Shown here: piece after piece, positions 1 to 8,934 of the stretch
Position numbering within the stretch: the stretch's first letter is position 1
Layout: each line of letters starts with the position of its first letter
Source: a candidate division WOR-3 bacterium
GTDB taxonomy: Bacteria; Hydrothermota; UBA3072
DNA: 64,000 nucleotides
Reading direction: 5' to 3'
NCBI GenBank assembly: GCA_039804165.1
Contig: JBDRZZ010000010.1
Location: 1,223 to 65,222, forward strand
The notes under the pieces: model-generated
Seen by the model: only the letters and a program-made list of their open reading frames with translations
What the model was told of the DNA's origin: nothing
The model's database searches: none
Position numbers and translations under genes: made by a program

Positions 1-1
1 T

Positions 2-1105
2 ATAATAGCTAAGGTTGTTAAATCTATAGAAGAAAGTAAAGCCATTAACTTTGCCGAAAATTCCATGGAACTTTTCACTCCAGAGTCTATTATAGAAAGT
101 GCTAAAGAAGCAGTAGAAGGAGGGTTCAACGGTTATATTACCGGTGAGGGAAGAAAACCCCTAAGAGAATTAATTTCCAAAATGATCTCCGAAGAAACTG
201 GAGTGGTTTTTGATCCCGAAACCGAAATCACAATAACTTCAGGATCGAGCGAAGCTCTTATTTCCTCAATGCTGAGCCTTGTAGAGGGGGAAAACGGCGT
301 TGTAATTCCTGAACCTTTCTATGAAAATTACTTACCTCTCACTCTCCTAAGTCGAGGTAAGCCAATTTTCATCTCACTTTTTGACCCTGATTATTCGTTT
401 CATATTAGTGACTTTAAAAAATTACCCACTTTTAAGGTATTCATCTTAAATAATCCACACAATCCCACAGGCAAAGTTTTTAATGAAGAAGAGATAAAAC
501 TTATAGAAGACATTGTCCTTCAAAAGGAGGCATATTTAATTATAGATGAAACCTATAAGCACCTCCTTTATGATACTGAATACATTTCCCCTTTAAGAAA
601 TAAGGAACTTATTGATAGGACAATTCTAGTGGGCAGCATTTCTACATTTCTTTCCGTAAAAGGATGGAGAGTTGGCTATGTAGTTGCAAAAGCTCCTATT
701 ATGGAAGGAATTAGAAAAGTCCATCACTACATTTCCCTTTCAGCTCCCACTCCCTTTCAATGGGCGTGTGAAAATTTTGAAATAACACCAAATTTTATCC
801 AAAATCTTAGAGAAAGATACAAAGAAAAAAGGGATTTTCTGTGTAAAGCTTTGGAAAAAACAGGATTTACTTTCTACAAACCCAAAGGAGGTTACTACAT
901 ATTTACAAACTTTGAAAATGTATGGGATGGAAATGATTGGGGGTTTTATAAATATTTACTAAAAAGTAAGAATATAGGAGTTGTTCCTGGATCAGCCTTT
1001 TATTACAACAAAAATAAGGGAAAGAAAAAAGTTAGATTCACCTTTTCTCAATCCGAGGCTAATTTAAAAGAACTCAATTCTATCTTATCAGCAGGCATTA
1101 CTTAA
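2..1105 (+). CDS. Class I/II (fold-type I) pyridoxal-phosphate aminotransferase, 5'-truncated at window edge (frame open from nt 2)
   Basis: NNPHNPTG (PLP Asn), IIDETY (Asp/Tyr), GWRVGY, C-terminal Arg in KVRFTFS; the reading frame continues without stops from nt 2 through the tool's Met at 65. Confidence 0.8.
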   Translation: MIAKVVKSIEESKAINFAENSMELFTPESIIESAKEAVEGGFNGYITGEGRKPLRELISKMISEETGVVFDPETEITITSGSSEALISSMLSLVEGENGVVIPEPFYENYLPLTLLSRGKPIFISLFDPDYSFHISDFKKLPTFKVFILNNPHNPTGKVFNEEEIKLIEDIVLQKEAYLIIDETYKHLLYDTEYISPLRNKELIDRTILVGSISTFLSVKGWRVGYVVAKAPIMEGIRKVHHYISLSAPTPFQWACENFEITPNFIQNLRERYKEKRDFLCKALEKTGFTFYKPKGGYYIFTNFENVWDGNDWGFYKYLLKSKNIGVVPGSAFYYNKNKGKKKVRFTFSQSEANLKELNSILSAGIT

Positions 1106-2144
1106 AGTCAAGAAGACTAATTATTGCTTTTATAACGCCGTTTTGGTATTTCTCTACAATCTCAAAGGCCATTGGAGCATCTTCAAACTTAAAATTATGA
1201 GTAACTATAAGGTCTATATTTATTCTTTTTCTAAGAAGAAAATTAATAGCTTTCTCCACACAATTATTCTGTCTCCTTACATTAAAAATGGTAAGCTCTT
1301 TTCTTCTTAGTTTATTAATATCAAAACTTATTATCTCTACCTCTGGAATACCTATAATTATTAACTTTCCTCCAGGTTTTAATAACTCTACACCTTCTTT
1401 AATAGCTTCTATCTCACCACAACATTCAAAAACTGCATCCAAGCCTCCACTTTCTATCTTCCCTACTTCCTCTATTATATCTATCTCATCAGGATTCCCA
1501 GTCCAATCCGCTCCTAAATTTCTTGCTACAAAAAGTCTTTCATCTATCTTATCAGTCATAAAAATTCTCTCAATACCAATTTCTTTCGCTCTCAATAAAA
1601 CACACAAACCAATTGGCCCTGAACCAAGAATTCCAATTATCTTCTCTTTCTTAGGGTTTAAAAATTGAGTAGCATAAATACCAATTGATAAAGGCTCCAC
1701 TAATACTCCCTCTATAAAATTTAAAGTAAAAGGAAGTTTATAACAGTTTTCCTCTGGGATAACAATAAATTCAGACAAACAACCTTCAAGCTCTCCAGGG
1801 CAACCAAGAAATTTCAAATTTCTACAAGTATTGTATCTCCCATCTCTGCATTGATCACATTTACCGCAAGATATAGCTGGATCAATAGCAACCCAATCCC
1901 CAGGACTAACCTTTGTTACAGATTTTCCCACTTTTTCTACAATCCCAGAACACTCATGACCAATAGTAAAGGGAAACTCTATAACTTGATCTCCTATCCG
2001 TCCTCTTGTATAATAATGAATATCAGAACCACAAATTCCAACTTTGGCCACTCTAACTAAGACATCTTTTTCTCCTTTTATCTCTGGAGGTGACTTTTCC
2101 AAAAATTCAAATTTTCTAATTCCAGCTAACACAAGAGACTTCAC
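1098..2144 (-). CDS. Zn-dependent medium-chain alcohol dehydrogenase (sorbitol/threonine dehydrogenase-like)
   Basis: GICGSDIHYY, GHECSG catalytic zinc ligands, structural-zinc CGKCDQC, Rossmann GILGSGPIG. Confidence 0.85.
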   Translation of the reverse strand: MKSLVLAGIRKFEFLEKSPPEIKGEKDVLVRVAKVGICGSDIHYYTRGRIGDQVIEFPFTIGHECSGIVEKVGKSVTKVSPGDWVAIDPAISCGKCDQCRDGRYNTCRNLKFLGCPGELEGCLSEFIVIPEENCYKLPFTLNFIEGVLVEPLSIGIYATQFLNPKKEKIIGILGSGPIGLCVLLRAKEIGIERIFMTDKIDERLFVARNLGADWTGNPDEIDIIEEVGKIESGGLDAVFECCGEIEAIKEGVELLKPGGKLIIIGIPEVEIISFDINKLRRKELTIFNVRRQNNCVEKAINFLLRKRINIDLIVTHNFKFEDAPMAFEIVEKYQNGVIKAIISLLDFK

Positions 2145-2300
2145 TTAAACTTCCTTCTTAAAGATAAAACAAACTTTCTAATTAAGCAAGCTCTAAAAAA
2201 TAAAATTTAATTATAAGAATGGCTACCCTTTTGGGGCAGCCATTTCCCCTAACCAATAAATCCATATTCTTTATTAGTGATGAGACGCCTTTTATCTATA

Positions 2301-2322
2301 AAAAGAACAAATTTGTTCTTTT
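2301..2322. promoter_or_regulatory. 22-bp perfect palindrome AAAAGAACAAATTTGTTCTTTT (GAAC-N6-GTTC core) in the 310-nt region upstream of the alcohol dehydrogenase gene; candidate operator
   Basis: Sequence equals its own reverse complement over 22 nt; sits in a divergent/5' region. Confidence 0.35.
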
Positions 2323-2454
2323 TATAATATCTCCTTACATATCCGATCTCACAGAAAAGAACAATTAGACGTTTTTGATATTAAATAAAAAACCTAAATA
2401 AAAAATCAATTTCTCTTTATCCTTAAATTTTAATAATCCAATGGATTATAATAA

Positions 2455-3691
2455 TTAATTTCTTACAACTGTTCCTATGTAAAGAGAAAAAGAGGGATTA
2501 ACTCTACCAAAAGCATCAACATTCTTAAAGTTATAAGAAAGAGAAACCTTGTTTCCTAAAATAAAAGAGGAAGTCGTTTTTGATATATATTCTATTCCAA
2601 ACTCACTTACAATCTGAGGAGTAAAATAAACTTCCTTAGGAAACAACCTTTCAATCTTCCGATCTCCATACTCTCCTTTCCATGTATATCTAATAGCTGT
2701 AAACTCTTCTCTTGAAAGATGTACATATCCTAAACCGAGGTTAACAAATGGACGTACTCCAACTTCTTCTCTAAATAAGAATTTTAAATAAGATTTGATG
2801 ATTCTTTCTGTGGTTTTAAAACTATAAAACCAAGGATTAAGATCTATAGATTCTCCAGAGTAAGTAGTATACCAAAAACTTAAATCAAAACCAAGAAGAT
2901 ATTTTTTGTATAAAGAAATAGCACCAAGAAATGAACATCCAAAATTACCCATTCTTAAACCAGGAGTAATCAATAAGATCTCACGCTCTAAGGGATATTT
3001 AAAACCCAAATTCCCACCCATATTGAAATTAAGAAAATATCCTGCTTTTTCTTTTCTTCTCCATAATAATTGATCCATTTCAAATTTTTCTTTGGTCTCT
3101 AATAATTTATTTCTAAATGAGTTAACTTTATCATTCAAAGACTTCAATTTTAAATTAGCACTCGGCATAACCTTTATACTGTCAAGGGTGTTGAGAGCCT
3201 CTATAATCTTCCCCTTTTCATAAAATTCCTTTGCTCTTTCAAATTTTGCTTCAGCTTGATATATTTGATCCTCTACATATTTCTCCTTAAAAAAAGAAGC
3301 TAAAATGTAAAATCTTATCGCCTCTATAAAATTAAAACTTTCTACGAGACTTGAAAACTTAGAATATGAAACATTTGCTTTTTCTCCTGCGCATTCTTTT
3401 CTAAAATTTTCTTCATCTTTCTTATATTTTTCTATTAACTCTTTTATATATCTGGAATCTTCAGCAACAGTCTCTAATTCTTCTATGTTTTTAAAAAAAT
3501 TTAAATAATTTTCCCTAAGCTCATAAGGGAGAAAAACTTGCCTTGAATTTAACAAATCTTTAACTACCTGAAATTCTCCAAGAATTAAAAGTGAATCTAT
3601 TTTCTTCTCTTTTTCGCGGAAATCTTCTATCAGGTTTTGAGCATTTAGTGAAAAAACTATTATTAAAAAGATAGAAAAAAAATTTCTTCAT
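2455..3691 (-). CDS. Secreted hypothetical protein (N-terminal coiled-coil/TPR-like region, C-terminal beta-strand-rich barrel-like region); 5' end interrupted by a frameshift in a T8 run (3675-3682)
   Basis: Tool ORF 2455..3555 starts at TTG with no signal peptide; ATG at 3691..3689 plus a 7-T reading gives MKKFFSIFLIIVFSLNAQN... in frame with the long ORF. Confidence 0.5.
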
Positions 3692-3751
3692 ATTCTCCTC
3701 CTCTCTATTTTTTATTATATATCAAAAATTTTTTACAATACCGGTCATTAG

Positions 3752-5989
3752 CTATTTCAACAAAGTCATTTTCTTAACCTTAGAAACATTTCCAATTGTC
3801 ATTTTATAGAAATAAATTCCTGAAGGTAAATTTTTAGAATCCCAACTAACTTTATAGGAACCAGCTTTTACATCCTCATTAATCAATGTCGCTATCTCTT
3901 CCCCAAGCAAATTAAAAACTTTCAAAATAACATAGCTATCACGATAAAGAGAGTAACTAATCGTTGTAATTTCGTTAAACGGATTTGGGTAATTCTGATC
4001 GAGTTTAAAGTCACAATTAACATCATCATTTTTTACAACATCAAGAATTCCACTAAGATCCTCTACAAAATAACTCACTCCATCATACCATGTTCTACAT
4101 ACATCCCCAACCCTCGGTCCAGTTGTTCCAGTTTGAATTGCCTCATCATCAACAAAAACTTCTATGGTATCTCCAGAAAGAAGTTCAATTTTTCCAAGAT
4201 AAGCTTGATATAAAAAAGTATTTCCACTCCCCTCAAGCTGAATCTGGGTTGTATGTGCACCTTCATCTACTTTCTTAGATGCCATATGTCGGTAGATTTG
4301 CATATTCTGGTTACTAAGTCCTGCTTTAATTCTCCAATCTGCATTAGGATTTGCCCAAAAATTAACCCAAATATGATAAATTCCATCCATAGGAGCAATT
4401 ATTTGTGTCTTTATAAGAGGAGCATCTTCTCCTCCTGCCTCAGCCGATGTCAAAACCATCTCACCATTTCCATAACCTGTCCTCCAATGCCAATTGTTGT
4501 CTACTGGTCCTTGATTGGCATCCGGACCAGTTGCCCCAAGAGTAGATCCATCAGCACGAAAAGTATTTCCTTCTGTGGCATCCACATAGTTCATTAATCC
4601 TATAGAATCTTCTCCTTCAATAATTCCAACAATAGCAGCGTCATAATTTTGAGCTGAGAGATAAGTCCCTCTAAACCATAATAAAGCTGTCTTACCATTC
4701 TTCCAGGAAGGAATTATTGGACGAAAGTTATCCATTGTAGAATTCTCAGTTATTGGAGTCCAAGTCCAACTCAAACCATTATCGGTGGTCACACCTTTAA
4801 AGATTTCACGACGATTTAAATTCTCATTATTTCGAGGATCTATATGGGTAGAAATGTATATTATATTTGGATCATTAGGATGAAGAGCTCCTAAACCTGT
4901 ATAATCAGCCTCAGAAGAGTACATTTTCTTTCCGGCTTGTCCCAGGTAAGTATAAGACCAACTAACTCCATTAAATCTACAGTAAATAAATGCATGATCT
5001 GGATCAATACTTTCATCATTACCATTTACAGCGTTATTTATCCTACAGGTCAAAATTGCAGCAATTGTTCCATCTTTGTACCTAACCAAATCAGCGTCCC
5101 AAATTTTTCTCATATAATCATCTCCAATTTTTGTATTATCTGGGAAAACAACTGTAAAACTGTTTTCTATTACCGGAATATTAGAGCTATTATAGATGTC
5201 ACTATCCACCTCATTTCCATAAGAGTCATAAGTTTTACCACCCTTGACATATCCATGATAAATGCTTGTATTGTAATTCCTTGGATGAGTTTCTGTGCAT
5301 ATAAAATCAATCCTATCAATTCCATTTCCCCAATATTTGAAATATCCTCTGCTATATCCACTAATATTACTTCTTGCTAACTGTCCCCCATAATCCCAGT
5401 TAGTTCCTCCGTCAGTAGAGTACATAAAATTTGGGCTACCATTGTCATGCCCACGAGCAAAATTGAACATCCTTCCTTCACTTGAAAGATAAAATAAATT
5501 AGAATAAGTAGTGTTATAGTTTACTCCACCAGGCCTCTCTGTATTCCAATTAAATACCTCTTGAGAGCCCCAATTTTCACCATCAAAAATTCTATAATAT
5601 GACAATTTTTCTGAATTGTGTAATGCATAGAAAGTAATATACCTCCCATCTGGACAAATAAGAAATGCAGGAGCATTATGGTCATCACAATAGTTATCCA
5701 TTAATGTGTATTTCTTCAAAGACATATTTTTAAGATCCATTATAACAGCTTCAATAAGCCCATCGCGGGGGCTTCCTCCAACTCCATTATCGCTTGCCAC
5801 AGAACCTATTATTAATTTTCCTTCTACAGTGTCAATTATTGCTCGTTCATCTTGATACCAGCACCAAGCTCCATTCTCATTAAATTGAATTAAGTTTCCA
5901 TGAACAATATCCTTAACCTGAGCTCTTAGAGTAAAGACAAAAAGGAAAGCAAATAAGACTATTCTACCTATCTTAATAAATTTATACAT
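3752..5989 (-). CDS. BNR/Asp-box repeat (sialidase-like beta-propeller) secreted protein with T9SS C-terminal sorting domain
   Basis: Signal peptide; Asp-box motifs STDGGTNW, TTDNGLSWTW; C-terminal NYPNPFNEITTISYSL...GIYFYKM... typical of Por secretion CTD. Confidence 0.65.
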   Translation of the reverse strand: MYKFIKIGRIVLFAFLFVFTLRAQVKDIVHGNLIQFNENGAWCWYQDERAIIDTVEGKLIIGSVASDNGVGGSPRDGLIEAVIMDLKNMSLKKYTLMDNYCDDHNAPAFLICPDGRYITFYALHNSEKLSYYRIFDGENWGSQEVFNWNTERPGGVNYNTTYSNLFYLSSEGRMFNFARGHDNGSPNFMYSTDGGTNWDYGGQLARSNISGYSRGYFKYWGNGIDRIDFICTETHPRNYNTSIYHGYVKGGKTYDSYGNEVDSDIYNSSNIPVIENSFTVVFPDNTKIGDDYMRKIWDADLVRYKDGTIAAILTCRINNAVNGNDESIDPDHAFIYCRFNGVSWSYTYLGQAGKKMYSSEADYTGLGALHPNDPNIIYISTHIDPRNNENLNRREIFKGVTTDNGLSWTWTPITENSTMDNFRPIIPSWKNGKTALLWFRGTYLSAQNYDAAIVGIIEGEDSIGLMNYVDATEGNTFRADGSTLGATGPDANQGPVDNNWHWRTGYGNGEMVLTSAEAGGEDAPLIKTQIIAPMDGIYHIWVNFWANPNADWRIKAGLSNQNMQIYRHMASKKVDEGAHTTQIQLEGSGNTFLYQAYLGKIELLSGDTIEVFVDDEAIQTGTTGPRVGDVCRTWYDGVSYFVEDLSGILDVVKNDDVNCDFKLDQNYPNPFNEITTISYSLYRDSYVILKVFNLLGEEIATLINEDVKAGSYKVSWDSKNLPSGIYFYKMTIGNVSKVKKMTLLK

Positions 5990-6088
5990 AAAACCTCCAT
6001 TTTATGATTCAGATTTTGAGATTATCTTTAAATTAAAATAATCAAATTTGGATTTTTTGCAACCTTTATCTTAGTCCAAAAATTTAAA

Positions 6089-6658
6089 TTACTTTTTTCC
6101 TATTACATAAAAATAATTAGAAACAAAATATTTTATTTCTTTAAAACCAGCTTTTTTTAGCATTTGAATAAAAATCTTTTTTTCTGGAAGAAAGTGGTTA
6201 GCAATCGCTCCTCCTATTTCTCTATGCATTTTATTTATTTCCTCTGGAGGCATTGAATGAGCTATAATTAATTTTCCTTTCCTTTTTAAAACCCTATAAG
6301 ATTCAGATAAAACTTTCCCCTTATCATCAAAGTGAGGAAAAGAATTAAAAATTATTATAGCATCAAATTTTTCATTAATAAAAGGGATATTTTCTCCTTC
6401 ACCTCTTATTGCAAACTCATTGGGATAAGCTTCTTTCAATCCCTTTATCATTTTAAAGGCTTTATCTATATAAAATACAGAAGCACGAGGGACATATTTC
6501 TTAAAACAGTTCCTCAGCACTCCTTTCCCACAACCTAAATCTAAAATAAACTTTGATTCTCTATCTATTAAATCTCTAACAATAATATCAGCTACAGCTT
6601 TTGTTTCATGAGAAACTTTCCAGGCTTCAGCTTGCTTTTCAAAAAACTCAATGCTCAT
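6089..6658 (-). CDS. Class I SAM-dependent methyltransferase (start adjusted to internal Met, ATGA overlap with upstream permease gene)
   Basis: LDLGCGKGVL motif I; IIFNSFPHF; upstream extension in the tool ORF overlaps the znuB-like gene. Confidence 0.7.
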   Translation of the reverse strand: MSIEFFEKQAEAWKVSHETKAVADIIVRDLIDRESKFILDLGCGKGVLRNCFKKYVPRASVFYIDKAFKMIKGLKEAYPNEFAIRGEGENIPFINEKFDAIIIFNSFPHFDDKGKVLSESYRVLKRKGKLIIAHSMPPEEINKMHREIGGAIANHFLPEKKIFIQMLKKAGFKEIKYFVSNYFYVIGKK

Positions 6659-7455
6659 TTTTTTCCTTTTAAACTTAGAAGAATAAGAAATATAAGTGAG
6701 GAGAAGATTATTATAGCACTTGAGGCAGGAACCCCTATTAAAAAAGATAAAAAAAGTCCACAAAGGCAAGAAAAAATACAAAATAAAATTGAAAGAAGAT
6801 ACATCTTAGAAAGGCTATGAGTGAGGATCCGCGCTGAGGAGGGAGGATTTATAAGAAGGCTAAAAATTAATATTCCTCCAATTGTATTTAAATTCAAACA
6901 AATTACAAAACCTGAAAGAAAAAGAAGACTAAAAAAAATAAATCTCTCAGGGATTCCACAAGAAAAAGCCACTTCTCTATTATAAAATACAGCTTTTATC
7001 TCTTTATTAAAAAGAAACAAAAACAAAATAATAAAAGCTGTAATTCCACTATTAATAATAAGATCTCTTTTAGTAAGAGTCAAAATACTACCCCATATGA
7101 GATTAAAAGCCTCTGTTTTCGGCCCTTTTATTAGTCCAAGAGAAAAAAAGGCAATCCCTAAAACAAGAGAAAATACAATTCCTATAATTATATTTGCCTC
7201 AAGGCCACTTCGCTCAACAAGAGGTCCAATTAAAATTGAAGCAAAAAGAGAAAAAACAATAGCCATTATTATAGGATCTACACCAATAAGCAGTCCAACA
7301 ACAGAACCTGCAAAGGCAGCGTGAGAGATAGCAACACCTACAAAGGGAATTCTTAAAAGAATAACCCATACACCAACGATCCCAAGTCCCAAACCTGCAA
7401 GAATTGACCCAATTAAAGCATTTTGAAAATAACTATACTTCAAAAAATCCCACAT
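6655..7455 (-). CDS. znuB: Metal (Zn/Mn) ABC transporter permease, ABC-3/ZnuB family
   Basis: Polytopic membrane protein with ZnuB/MntB-like sequence; operon context with ZnuC and ZnuA-like genes. Confidence 0.8.
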   Translation of the reverse strand: MWDFLKYSYFQNALIGSILAGLGLGIVGVWVILLRIPFVGVAISHAAFAGSVVGLLIGVDPIIMAIVFSLFASILIGPLVERSGLEANIIIGIVFSLVLGIAFFSLGLIKGPKTEAFNLIWGSILTLTKRDLIINSGITAFIILFLFLFNKEIKAVFYNREVAFSCGIPERFIFFSLLFLSGFVICLNLNTIGGILIFSLLINPPSSARILTHSLSKMYLLSILFCIFSCLCGLFLSFLIGVPASSAIIIFSSLIFLILLSLKGKK

Positions 7456-8188
7456 ATTTCCTTAAATTTTCTTCATCAATATCATAAAGATTAGCCAAAT
7501 CTTTTGAACTCACCTTAGAAGTTAAAGAATCAAAAAAGATCTTCCCTTTTTTAAGTGCCATAAACCTATTAACCCCTTTTGGTAAATATCTAAGGAGATG
7601 AGTCACAAAAACAATTGTCAATTTATACCTTTTATATACCTCAAAAATAAGATTATTTATCTCCATTTGTGAAGCAGGATCTAAATTTGTAAGAAGCTCA
7701 TCAAGAAGAAGAATCCTAACTTCTCTTGCTAATTCTCTTGCTATTGAAAGTTTCTTTTGTTCCCCACCCGAAAGAAAACCCGCTGGTCTTTTTCTTAAAT
7801 CTATAATACCAACCTCCTCCATAACCTCCTCAATTTTCCTCAAATCCTCTTTACTAAGTTTTTTAAAAACACCTCTTATACCTATCCTTCCTATAGAAAC
7901 AACATCCTCTACAGAAAGAGGCACATCTTTTGGAATGAATTCATTCTGAAAGACAAAACCAATATTTTTTTTGAGATAAATACCACTCTTCGCCGGATTA
8001 AGTCCAAAAACTTTTACCTCACCAATCTCAGGAGATAAAATCCCATTAATTATTTTAAGAAGTGTTGACTTCCCAGCTCCATTCGGTCCAATTATTGCAA
8101 CAAATTCACCTTCCTCTACCTCAAAAGAAATATCAGATAAAACTTTCCTCTTACGAAAATACTTACTAACATTTTTTAACTGAATCAC
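7433..8188 (-). CDS. znuC: Metal ABC transporter ATP-binding protein (ZnuC-like)
   Basis: Walker A GPNGAGKST, signature LSGGEQKK, Walker B ILLLDE. Confidence 0.85.
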   Translation of the reverse strand: MIQLKNVSKYFRKRKVLSDISFEVEEGEFVAIIGPNGAGKSTLLKIINGILSPEIGEVKVFGLNPAKSGIYLKKNIGFVFQNEFIPKDVPLSVEDVVSIGRIGIRGVFKKLSKEDLRKIEEVMEEVGIIDLRKRPAGFLSGGEQKKLSIARELAREVRILLLDELLTNLDPASQMEINNLIFEVYKRYKLTIVFVTHLLRYLPKGVNRFMALKKGKIFFDSLTSKVSSKDLANLYDIDEENLRKYVGFFEV

Positions 8189-8934
8189 TTTAATCCTTCC
8201 AATATAATTTTTATATTATCAAGAACTGTTTCCTTATATCCTTTTCTATCTGGAAAATTAGACAGAATTACAAAAGGTTTGCTCAACTCAATAGCAATCA
8301 TCCTTCCAATTTTCCCCCTAGTTTGTAAATTATCCACTACAATTTCTACATTTTTCTCTTTCCCAATATTTAAAATATTGGAAAGTTCCTTCAGGGTGAG
8401 TTTTTCCTCCTTTGGAAAAGTGGAAATAACTTCCATTCCAAGAAAAGAAAGAAACTCCCTTTGGTATTCATTACATATAACCTTTATTCCATTAAGAGAA
8501 TCCCTTTTTAACATTATCTTTAAAGAAAGGGAGTCTATTTTACTTATTAGTCTTTTATAATTTTCCTCAATCAATTTGCGATTTGAGCTATCTTCCATCT
8601 CCATTTTTAGAACTTCACAAATCTCTAAAGCTCCCTTTAAATACACAGAAGGAACCATCCAGCTTTCATCTGTTTTAAGGTCTATCAACTTTACTTTTGA
8701 ATTTATTTTTCTTATTTTCTTAATCCATGGTTCAAAACCATGATAAATTATCAAATCAGCCCTATTAAGAAAACCTGCTTCCCTTGGAGAAAGGTCAAAA
8801 TGACCAGGACAACTTCCCTCTGGAACTAAATTTAAAACCTCAGTTTGAAAAGGAGCGATCTCTTTCACCACAGAATAGATGTCACTTGTTGAAGTTATGA
8901 TACATAAATCCAAAACAAATAGTAGGAAAATCAT
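8185..8934 (-). CDS. znuA: Metal-binding periplasmic substrate-binding protein, ZnuA/TroA family (short form)
   Basis: GSCPGHFDLSP...ADLIIYHGFEPW resembles ZnuA N-lobe metal site; 4-nt overlaps with both neighbours. Confidence 0.6.
   Translation of the reverse strand: MIFLLFVLDLCIITSTSDIYSVVKEIAPFQTEVLNLVPEGSCPGHFDLSPREAGFLNRADLIIYHGFEPWIKKIRKINSKVKLIDLKTDESWMVPSVYLKGALEICEVLKMEMEDSSNRKLIEENYKRLISKIDSLSLKIMLKRDSLNGIKVICNEYQREFLSFLGMEVISTFPKEEKLTLKELSNILNIGKEKNVEIVVDNLQTRGKIGRMIAIELSKPFVILSNFPDRKGYKETVLDNIKIILEGLK

Noticed and set aside
1288-2060. ORFs 1288..1668 (+) and 1851..2060 (+) inside the alcohol dehydrogenase gene
   Set aside because: These are antisense, low-complexity Ser/Ile/Pro-rich translations of a well-supported minus-strand gene. 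Similar antisense ORFs within rpoB, rpoC, fusA, mnmG and the histidine kinase are rejected for the same reason.
2218-2244. Hairpin AATGGCTACCC-TTTTG-GGGCAGCCATT as an intrinsic terminator
   Set aside because: There is no U-tract directly after it on the + strand. On the minus strand the T-run starts about 20 nt away, and the hairpin is about 210 nt from the nearest stop codon. It is at best a weak or structural element.
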